A stretch of DNA of 64,000 nt. Origin: Deltaproteobacteria bacterium. GTDB lineage: Bacteria; Desulfobacterota; GWC2-55-46. Position numbers and translations under genes: made by a program. Numbering within the stretch: position 1 is the first letter of the stretch; each line of letters starts with the position of its first letter. This document shows positions 32,917 through 40,586 of this stretch, piece after piece. The notes beneath the pieces were generated by a model. That model made no database searches. It worked only from the letters and a program-made list of their open reading frames with translations, and was not told the origin of the DNA. The DNA is taken from positions 65,985-129,984 of the forward strand of contig JABTVA010000002.1 in the NCBI GenBank assembly GCA_015075075.1, given 5' to 3'.

Positions 32917-33279
32917 TTGAAAAAATCCAAGGACATCACCAGCACTCGCGTCTGCCCGTCTTGCGGGAAGGCCTTCATCTGGTTCGTCGAGACCCCGCTT
33001 TCATGCCCTTACTGCGGCTATCTGCCTCGCGACCAAAGGGGTGAAATGAGGACCTCCCTGGAGAGGACGTTCGAGCTCAAACTTGGCAAAAAAACCCTCA
33101 CGGCGGACCTCCTTGATTATTCGGCGTCCGGGGTGAGGCTTTCCTGCCCGGAGCGCATAGGCACGGACACGCTCGTGTCCATAGACATAACTGAATTGGG
33201 CATTCACAGGTCCGCAAGGGCCGTCTGGACCATGCCGCTATTGCCGGGGGTGGCGATGGCGGGGTTCAAGTTCATCTGA
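32917..33279 (+). CDS. PilZ-domain c-di-GMP-binding protein with N-terminal C4 zinc ribbon
   Basis: CPSC-x14-CPYC zinc ribbon. PilZ motifs RGEMR (RxxxR) and DYSASG (DxSxxG). TTG start immediately after an in-frame stop. Confidence 0.6.
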   Translation: MKKSKDITSTRVCPSCGKAFIWFVETPLSCPYCGYLPRDQRGEMRTSLERTFELKLGKKTLTADLLDYSASGVRLSCPERIGTDTLVSIDITELGIHRSARAVWTMPLLPGVAMAGFKFI

Positions 33280-33289
33280 GGGGAAATCC

Positions 33290-33874
33290 ATGTTCTCAAG
33301 GCACCTGGTTAAGATGCTCACGTGCGCGCTTTTTGCGCTCTTTCTGGCCGGCGCGCCCGCCAACGCCGCCAATGAGGCGGGCGGGTCCGAATACCTGATA
33401 GGCCCGGAGGACGTGCTCGAAATAGTGGTCTGGAGGAATACCGAATTATCAAGACAGGTCACGGTGAGGCCCGACGGCCGGATAACGCTGCCGCTCATAG
33501 GCGAACTCCCCGCCGCAGGCCTCACGCCCGAGAAGCTCAGGGCGGAGATAGTCGAGCGCCTCAAGGAGTACCAGCAGAGCGCGGTCGTAGCCTCCGTAAT
33601 AGTGCAGAGCGTCAACAGCTACAGGGTGTACGTCCTCGGGCAGGTGCAGGTGCCCGGGAGCTACACCCTTAAGTCCAGGACCACGGTCCTGCAGGCATTG
33701 TCGCTCGCCGGTGGTTTCAGCCAGTTCGCGTCCAAGAACAAGATAGTGCTGATAAGAAAACGGGCCGACGGACTCGATGACAAGATCCAGGTAAAGTTCA
33801 ACGACCTGGTATACGACGAAGAGAGCCGCGCGAACGAGTACCTTTTGCCGGGAGACACGATTTTTGTTCCGTAG
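33290..33874 (+). CDS. polysaccharide export outer-membrane/periplasmic protein (Wza/Poly_export family, PEP-CTERM-locus type)
   Basis: Signal peptide, Poly_export motif (IGPEDVLEIVVW...DGRITLPLIGEL) and an SLBB domain. Confidence 0.8.
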   Translation: MFSRHLVKMLTCALFALFLAGAPANAANEAGGSEYLIGPEDVLEIVVWRNTELSRQVTVRPDGRITLPLIGELPAAGLTPEKLRAEIVERLKEYQQSAVVASVIVQSVNSYRVYVLGQVQVPGSYTLKSRTTVLQALSLAGGFSQFASKNKIVLIRKRADGLDDKIQVKFNDLVYDEESRANEYLLPGDTIFVP

Positions 33875-34994
33875 GATGCTCCTTACCGCTCTTTTATTGT
33901 CGGTCCCGGCCGGGGAGGCATGGGCATGGGTCGCAAGGCCGTCGCTATCGACCGAGTTCCGCTTCGAGAAGAACTCCGGCCCCGCATCGGACGGAAGCGG
34001 CTCAGGGGACGACAGTATTCTGAGGGCGTCTCCCAGGCTCGACCTGGAAAATAGCGGCATGAACATCGGCTTCAACGCCGGGTACGCGTTTACCTGGAAT
34101 CAATACCTCGGCGACCACGACAGGGACTGGACAGCCCATAATGCCGTCGCTGGACTTGACATGAGGATATCACCTTTGACCGAGCTGCAGGCAGGATACG
34201 ACTTCACCTACACGAGGGAGCCGAGGGAGGCGACCACGACGGGCATCGAGGCCTTCCGGGCCGCCGATATCCGCTCGCATAACGCCAATGTAAGCGGCTC
34301 TCGCCTGATAAGTCCCAGGCTCACGGGCAGGCTTTCGCTTTCCGGCGAGGTCCTCGAGTTCGAGGACCCCTCTGCAGTGGACAGCAGGACGCTCTCGGCT
34401 GGCGCGGCCGGAGAGTTCCGCTGGACTGAAAGGACGAGCTTCACCCCGGCTTATGAGTACACGAACCTCGATTACGACTCCGGCCCGTCGACGGAGATAC
34501 AGAGCCATTCGCTTAACGCCGGCTTTTCAACCCGGCACTCGGAGAGCCTTGCCTATAACATTTCCGCGGGCCTGGCCTATTCGACCGGCCTAAGCGACCG
34601 GGTAGACTGGACTGCCGGGGCCGGCCTTTCAAAGTCGTTCCAGCGGGGCTCCGTTTCGGCCTCCTACTCGAGAGGCGTATCGGACAGCTCCGGGCTGGCC
34701 GATGAGCTCAACATAAGCGAGACCGTCACGGCGGGCCTCTCCAGGAACCTGAGCGATTCCGCCTCTTTCTCCTTGACCGCAGGCTATGCCAGGAACAGGA
34801 CAAGACCGGCAGGCGCAGTGGACCTTCGGTCATATTCAGCGGACATGGGCGTAAGGTGGCAACTGCTACGCTGGGCGACAATCGGCGCCGGCATAAGCCA
34901 CTTTAACCAGCTCTCCTACGGGACTACCGGCTCTGACGTGGAGAGGAACGCCTTTTACCTCAACCTGACACTGCAGAGCGAATACAGGCCCTAA
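33864..34994 (+). CDS. predicted outer-membrane beta-barrel protein, EPS-locus associated
   Basis: Signal peptide, alternating amphipathic strands rich in Gly/Ser/Tyr, and an aromatic C-terminus. Confidence 0.5.
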   Translation: MFRRMLLTALLLSVPAGEAWAWVARPSLSTEFRFEKNSGPASDGSGSGDDSILRASPRLDLENSGMNIGFNAGYAFTWNQYLGDHDRDWTAHNAVAGLDMRISPLTELQAGYDFTYTREPREATTTGIEAFRAADIRSHNANVSGSRLISPRLTGRLSLSGEVLEFEDPSAVDSRTLSAGAAGEFRWTERTSFTPAYEYTNLDYDSGPSTEIQSHSLNAGFSTRHSESLAYNISAGLAYSTGLSDRVDWTAGAGLSKSFQRGSVSASYSRGVSDSSGLADELNISETVTAGLSRNLSDSASFSLTAGYARNRTRPAGAVDLRSYSADMGVRWQLLRWATIGAGISHFNQLSYGTTGSDVERNAFYLNLTLQSEYRP

Positions 34995-34995
34995 A

Positions 34996-36504
34996 ATGGA
35001 AAACTTCAACATCATATCTTTTCTTGAGGCGGCATACAGGCGCAAGTGGCTCGTCATCGCGCCTGCCGCGCTGGGCACCGCCGTAGCCGCCGTAGTGGCC
35101 TGGCTCATGCCCTCGTATTACCTCTCTGCGACGCTGATACTCGTCGAGCAGCAGCAGGTGCCTGCGTCCTACGTGACCCCTACGGATGTCACTCCCTTCA
35201 ACCAGCGCCTCAATACCATCCGCCAGCAGATACTCAGCAGGCCGAACCTCGAGCGCATCATAAGCGAGTTCAACCTCCACCAGACGAGCGGCGGCCTCCT
35301 TGAGCGGGCGGCTTCAAAGGCGGGTATCGACATGAGCAGGCCGCTAAGCCGCGAGAGCGCCCTTAACCGGCTTGTATCGAGCATCGAGATACGGCTCGTG
35401 GGAGAGAGGAGGGCGGAGGACGCGTTCAGCATAAGCTACTCGGGCACCGACCCCTACACGACCATGCAGGTCACGAGCGCCCTCGCGTCGATGTTCATAA
35501 ACGAGAACCTTAAGCGGAGAGAAATGTACGCAGAGGGGACCTCGGAGTTCCTGTCGGACGAGCTGGCGCGGGCCAAGAGCGAGCTCGAGACCCAGGAGCG
35601 CGCGGTGAGGGACTTCAAGGAAAGATACATGGGAGGGCTCCCTGAGCAGCTTGACGCGAACCTCCGGACGCTCGACAGGCTTCAGCTGGACCTCCAGGCG
35701 GTGCGGCTCGAGATAAAAAGCGCGGAGGACAGGAAGGTCCAGCTCGAAACCCAGCTTAGTTCGGCCGTGGGCGCAGTATCAGGCACCCAGGTCAACCCAC
35801 TGGTGGTGGAGATGGAGAGCCTGCAAAGGGAGCTTACGCAGCTCCTTTCGCAGTATAACGAGAACTACCCTGACGTGATCATCATAAGGAACCGGCTCAA
35901 GGAGCTCGGGAGCCTCCTTGCTTCGAACAGGACCGGGGCTGCCGAAGCCCAGGCCGTGGCACTCCCCGGGCCTGAGATACGGAACCCCGAGGCCTATAAC
36001 AACCTCGTCTCGGTCGAATCGCAGCTGCGCTCCCTGAGGACAAGGGAGCGCGAACTGAACGAGAACATCCGCGCCCTTGAGAAGCGGGTCGAGGAGACCC
36101 CTGCCAATGAGCAGCGGTACACGGACCTTAACAGGAATTACCAGATATCCTTCGCCAACTACCAGAACCTCCTTGAAAAGAGCCTGAACGCGCGCCTTGC
36201 CGAGAACCTCGAGAAGAGGCAAAAAGGCGAAAGGTTCAGGATAATCGACCCGGCAAACCTGCCGGAGGGGCCGTACAAGCCGAAACGAAGCCTCATCGCG
36301 CTGGCCGGCACGGTCATCGGGGCCGGTCTCGGGTTTGGCATCATATTCCTCCTTGAGTTCACGAGCCCGGCGTTCAGGAAACCGGAGGAGTTCGAGGGCC
36401 TCCTGGACTTCCAGGTCATTGCCTCGATCCCGGCTTTTGAGCCGGACCCGCATGCGAAAAAGGGCAGGTTCGGTAGGATACGCGGAGGGAGCGGAGATAG
36501 ATGA
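34996..36504 (+). CDS. polysaccharide chain-length determinant protein (Wzz/GumC-like, PEP-CTERM-locus type)
   Basis: 502 aa. N-terminal TM helix, long periplasmic coiled-coil region and a C-terminal TM helix (LIALAGTVIGAGLGFGIIFLLEF). Confidence 0.8.
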   Translation: MENFNIISFLEAAYRRKWLVIAPAALGTAVAAVVAWLMPSYYLSATLILVEQQQVPASYVTPTDVTPFNQRLNTIRQQILSRPNLERIISEFNLHQTSGGLLERAASKAGIDMSRPLSRESALNRLVSSIEIRLVGERRAEDAFSISYSGTDPYTTMQVTSALASMFINENLKRREMYAEGTSEFLSDELARAKSELETQERAVRDFKERYMGGLPEQLDANLRTLDRLQLDLQAVRLEIKSAEDRKVQLETQLSSAVGAVSGTQVNPLVVEMESLQRELTQLLSQYNENYPDVIIIRNRLKELGSLLASNRTGAAEAQAVALPGPEIRNPEAYNNLVSVESQLRSLRTRERELNENIRALEKRVEETPANEQRYTDLNRNYQISFANYQNLLEKSLNARLAENLEKRQKGERFRIIDPANLPEGPYKPKRSLIALAGTVIGAGLGFGIIFLLEFTSPAFRKPEEFEGLLDFQVIASIPAFEPDPHAKKGRFGRIRGGSGDR

Positions 36505-37983
36505 GCTTTCTTTCGAGATTCCTCGGCAAGAATAAAAAGGCCGAGCCCGAAAAAGCCCCGCCTTCCGGCCGTCTTTCCATAGTCGGGAAAAGGTCCCGGC
36601 CCCTTTCCCGCATATGGACGGTCGGCGGGGGCAAGGGCGGGGTGGGCAAAAGCGTCGTCGCCGCGAACTTCGCGACACTCCTTGCCGGCTCCGGACGTAG
36701 GACGCTCATCGTTGACGCGGACTTCGGCGCGGCCAACCTGCATACCCTTTTCGGGATACAGGGCTCCAACCCGTCCCTTTCGAGCTTTCTTAAGTCGGAG
36801 GTCGCGGATATCAGGAGGCTCATAACCGGGACAGGAATCCAGAAACTCGATATAATTACCGGTGCGATGGACTCGCTCAATATCGCGGACGTGGACGCAT
36901 CGTCGCTTATGCGCCTGCAGCGGGCCATCTCGGAGCTCGACTACGACCATGTCGTCCTCGACCTCTCGCCCGGCACATCATCCGACGTGCTCGACTGCTT
37001 TTTGATGTCCGACGAAGGGATACTCGTGACCACACCTGAGCCCACCTCGATAGAGAACACCTACAGGTTCATGAAGTGCCTGTTCCTCCGGAGGATACGG
37101 GCGATCATAAACTCCGGCGAGCCGGGGCGCCTGAAGGAGACGCTCAAGGCGGCCCTGGAGCGCGACCCGAGGATAGGGACCGTCTCGGAGTTCATGAAGA
37201 ACTTCAAGCTCAGCGCCGGAAGCGGATCGGCCCCTGAGGAGATCCTGGGAGGCATGGGGGGCCACCTCGTCGTAAACAGGACCAGGCTCCCGGAGGACCG
37301 CGCAATCGGGCCGCATATGCAGCGTGCCTGCATGAGCTACTTCGGCGTGCGCTTCAACCACCTCGGAGACATCGGCCAGGACACCTCCATAGAAGATTCC
37401 GTCCGGGCGAGAAGGCCTCTCGTCAGGGACTATCCGGGGAGCCCCGCCGCGCTCTCGCTCGTCTCCTGTTTCAGGAAGCTCTCATCCATCGAGGCGGGAA
37501 AAGGCCGGCAGGAGGCCGATAAAGGGGCTTATGCAGATATGAACCAGCGAGTGAACATCGACTATTACGAGCTCTTGGATATCGCCCGGGGCGGCTCCCT
37601 CCGAGGTGGAAGAGGCTTACAGGAAGGCAATATCCGACCTGGGCGGCGACTCCGTGGCCATCTACTCGCTCTACACCCCGGAGGAGAAGGAAGAGCTTAT
37701 CTCCCGGCTTAACGAGGCATACGAGGTCTTGAGCGACCCTGAGAGGAGGGCCGCGTATGACGCCAGGGCCGCCAGCAGGCTGGAGCCAGCCGTAACGCGC
37801 GATTCGAGCTGGGCGACCTGGGCCCCAGCGGTCGACGCCCGCCACTTTAAAAGGTGCGGAAGACCACGGGCTTCGCCAGGCGCCGGTCTCCGCCTCCGGC
37901 GAAAACTCCATCATAACGGAACAGTACCGGATCCTGTATTCAAGGATACACTGGATAGCCGAGGAGGCAGCTCAAGGTCATAG
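36501..37983 (+). CDS. MinD/ParA-family P-loop ATPase with C-terminal degenerate J-like domain (frameshift near 37590; C-terminal boundary uncertain)
   Basis: Deviant Walker A GGGKGGVGKS and the IVDADFGAANL motif. The C-terminus reads IDYYELLDIARG then, in a shifted frame, EVEEAYRKAISDLGGDSVAIYSLYTPEEKEELISRLNEAYEVLSDPERRAAYD. This is J-domain-like but lacks HPD. Sequence after about 37800 is probably not part of the protein. Confidence 0.55.
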
Positions 37984-38516
37984 CCGTGACCAGCGCCGTA
38001 AAGGGAGAGGGCAAATCGGTCACCTCGCTCAACCTGGCGTACGTCACGGCATGCGAGTTCAAGAAAGGGTGCTCCTTGTAGAGTGCGATTTGCGGAAACC
38101 TCTACCCTTCGAGGATGATGAAGAACGCGAGGAAGAGTGCGGCCTCGCGGAGGTACTCGAGCAGGGGCGGACATACGGGACGCCATCTGCCGCGTGGACG
38201 GGACAAGCCCATCTCTCTTACCTCCGGCACGTGCACGAGGAGCTCATCCGAGCTCATAGACTCGCCGTATCTCAAGTCCATACTCAAGGGGTTCAGGGAC
38301 GAATTCGACTATGTATTCGTGGACACCCCGCCGATACTGCCCCTGGCTGACATGAACATCATATCGAGGATTGTGGACGGGACGATACTGGTAGTGAGGG
38401 CCGGGGCCACCCCGAAGAAGGTGGTCCTGAAGGCGGCCCAATCCCTTTCAGAGGGGCGTTTCATAGGCATAGTGCTTAACGGGGCCGATACCGCGCTGGC
38501 CAGCTACTATTATTAG
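37850..38516 (+). CDS. BY-kinase (CpsD/Wzc-type protein-tyrosine autokinase), fragmented by several frameshifts; boundaries approximate
   Basis: Pieces in three frames: SIITEQYRILYSRIHWIAEEAAQ, KVIAVTSAVKGEGKSVTSLNLA (Walker A), RVLLVECDLRKP (Walker A'), GLAEVLEQG..ADIRDAICRVDG, ISLTSGTCTRSSSELIDSPYLKSIL, FDYVFVDTPP (Walker B), and the Tyr cluster ASYYY at the C-terminus. Confidence 0.65.
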
Positions 38517-38524
38517 GGGGACAC

Positions 38525-39913
38525 ATGCTCTTCAACAGGCACCCTTCCAAGCGACTGCTGTACATAGCCCTCATCGAGGGCCTTCTCATATTCCTTGCCG
38601 CGCTCGTGTCGGTTGCGATACGCCTCTCTTTCGAAGGCGGCGCAATGGTCAAATACGACCCCAGCTATCTCAAGAGCCTGGTGCTGACCGCGACTTACCT
38701 CGTCACCTTCTACTACTTCGACCTCTACACGCCCGACATGTACAGGCCGAGCCGCTATATGTTCTCAAGGCTCATAAAAGGCATGATAGTGGCGGCCATA
38801 ATACAGTTCAGCATCTTCTACATCATCCCGTCCCTCAAGATATGGCGGGGCATACTGCTCATCAACATGCTCATAATGCCCTCGGCCATCATATTCTTCA
38901 GGCTCGTATTCTCCAAGATACTGAAGATAAAGCTCCCCGGGAAGCGCGTCCTCATCATCGGCGCCGGCGACCTCGCGAAAAGGATCGGGAGCGAGATATA
39001 CACCAAGCCCGAGCACGGCCTCAATCTCGTGGGCTTCATCGACGACGACCCGACCAAATACGGGGTATCCATCGTAAACCCGGGCGTCATCGGCGGGTAC
39101 GGCGACATCTCGAGGCTCGCGGACGAGCAGAATATCGACCTCATAATAGTCGCTCTCCCGGACAGGAGGGCCAAGCTCCCCATGTCGGCACTCCTCGACT
39201 GCAAGCTCAAGGGCATATCAGTCGAGGAAAGCGAGACCTTCAAGGAGCGGCTCACCGGCAAGATACCTCTCGACCACCTGAAACCGAGCTGGATGGTCTT
39301 CTCTGACGGCTTCAGGTCGCTCAGGTCCAGGAAGTTCGTAAAGAGGTCCCTCGACATCGTCTTCGCGGCCCTCTGGCTCGTGGTGGCTGCGCCGGTAATG
39401 CTCCTTACCTCGATGATAATCAAGCTCGAATCAAAGGGGCCTGTCATATTCAAGCAGGTCAGGGTTGGAGAGCACGGCAAGGAGTTCAACATCTACAAAT
39501 TCCGCTCGATGCGCCAGGACGCGGAGGCCAAGACCGGGCCGGTGTGGGCGGTGGCCAACGACGACAGGGTCACCCTGGTGGGGCGCATAATAAGGAAGCT
39601 CCGCATAGACGAACTCCCGCAGCTCGTAAACGTCCTTAAGGGAGATATGAGCTTCGTCGGCCCGAGGCCCGAGCGCCCGTATTTCGTCAACAAGCTCAGG
39701 GAGGAGATCCCGTACTACAATATCAGGACGGTGGTGAAGCCGGGCCTGACCGGGTGGGCGCAGATAAAATATCCATACGGCGCGAACATGGAGGACGCGG
39801 TCGAGAAGCTCCAGTATGAGATATTTTATATCAAGAACATGTCCCCTCTCCTCGACTTCATGATAATGTTCTGGACCATAAAAGTCGTGCTCACCGGCAA
39901 GGGGGCGAGATAG
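38525..39913 (+). CDS. exopolysaccharide polyprenyl glycosylphosphotransferase (WbaP/EpsB-type priming sugar transferase)
   Basis: 462 aa. Four or five N-terminal TM helices. C-terminal bacterial sugar transferase domain (KFRSM...DELPQLVNVLKGDMSFVGPRPERP). Confidence 0.85.
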   Translation: MLFNRHPSKRLLYIALIEGLLIFLAALVSVAIRLSFEGGAMVKYDPSYLKSLVLTATYLVTFYYFDLYTPDMYRPSRYMFSRLIKGMIVAAIIQFSIFYIIPSLKIWRGILLINMLIMPSAIIFFRLVFSKILKIKLPGKRVLIIGAGDLAKRIGSEIYTKPEHGLNLVGFIDDDPTKYGVSIVNPGVIGGYGDISRLADEQNIDLIIVALPDRRAKLPMSALLDCKLKGISVEESETFKERLTGKIPLDHLKPSWMVFSDGFRSLRSRKFVKRSLDIVFAALWLVVAAPVMLLTSMIIKLESKGPVIFKQVRVGEHGKEFNIYKFRSMRQDAEAKTGPVWAVANDDRVTLVGRIIRKLRIDELPQLVNVLKGDMSFVGPRPERPYFVNKLREEIPYYNIRTVVKPGLTGWAQIKYPYGANMEDAVEKLQYEIFYIKNMSPLLDFMIMFWTIKVVLTGKGAR

Positions 39914-39958
39914 GGCTACGGAACCTCCTCCTTTCTGCCGATATGGAAAGATAGAAAA

Positions 39959-40447
39959 ATGATGAACTGGTACGCCATATACACGAAATCAGGCTGCGAG
40001 GAGAGAGTGTCCTCCCGGCTTAACGGAGCCGGCTTCAGCGTCCTGAACCCGCTCCTGAAGGAGAGGAGACTCTACCGGAGGAAGCTCCAGGAGGTGGTCT
40101 CGCCGCTTTTCCCCTGCTACATATTCGCCGAGCTCAATATGCCTGCCCATTACCGCCTCATAAGGTACACGCGGGGGGTAAGGCAGATAGTCGGCAACGA
40201 GGCCGCACCCCTGCCTGTACCGGATGCCGTCATAGGCTCGATACTTGGCAGGATGGAAAACGGCCTGGTCGCGGTAAGGCGCGACGAGTTCAGCCCCGGC
40301 GAGAGCGTGGCCATAAAGGGCGGGGCCTTCGAGGGTTTCGAGGCCCTGTTCGAGCGGGAGATGAGCGGCTCCGAGAAGGTGAGCATACTCCTCAAGGCCC
40401 TGAACGCCCGGATAATACTGGACAGGGCCCTTCTGGCAAGGCTTTAA
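39959..40447 (+). CDS. rfaH: RfaH-type NusG paralog (operon-specific transcription antiterminator)
   Basis: NGN domain WYAIYTKSGCEERV...PLFPCYIFAE and a KOW-like C-terminus (GAFEGFEALFE...ILLKALN). Aligns with E. coli RfaH along its full length. Confidence 0.75.
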   Translation: MMNWYAIYTKSGCEERVSSRLNGAGFSVLNPLLKERRLYRRKLQEVVSPLFPCYIFAELNMPAHYRLIRYTRGVRQIVGNEAAPLPVPDAVIGSILGRMENGLVAVRRDEFSPGESVAIKGGAFEGFEALFEREMSGSEKVSILLKALNARIILDRALLARL

Positions 40448-40463
40448 ATGCGTGGAGCACCAG

Positions 40464-40488
40464 GGCAGCGTAACCGAGCTGCCTTTTT
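40464..40488 (+). terminator. intrinsic terminator after rfaH (GGCAGC-gtaaccga-GCTGCC TTTTT)
   Basis: 6-bp stem followed by T5, 17 nt after the rfaH stop. Confidence 0.45.
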
Positions 40489-40499
40489 GAAGAAGCACC

Positions 40500-40529
40500 T
40501 TGTACTGCCATTCGGAAATAGCCTATTTA
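40500..40529 (+). promoter_or_regulatory. candidate promoter TTGTAC-N18-TATTTA for the downstream long operon
   Basis: Weak hexamer matches. Would place the TSS about 25 nt upstream of the ops-like element. Confidence 0.25.
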
Positions 40530-40561
40530 ACGGGTGCAAAAAATCCTAAGTGCACCTGAAC

Positions 40562-40573
40562 GGCGGTAGCCTG
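40562..40573 (+). promoter_or_regulatory. ops-like RfaH recruitment element GGCGGTAGCCTG (consensus GGCGGTAGnnTG) in the leader of the asnB-like operon
   Basis: Matches the 8-bp core plus TG on the non-template strand. Lies 14 nt upstream of the first ATG of a roughly 24 kb co-directional operon and right after a rfaH-like gene. Confidence 0.65.
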
Positions 40574-40586
40574 CCCGGAATCTGAC

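Noticed and set aside
37606-37983. Treating ORF 37606-37983 as an independent DnaJ-like gene
   Set aside because: Its N-terminus continues the MinD-like ORF after a one-base shift (IDYYELLDIARG then EVEEAYRKA). It lacks its own start context, and its Arg-rich C-terminal 60 aa overlap the BY-kinase N-terminal region in another frame.
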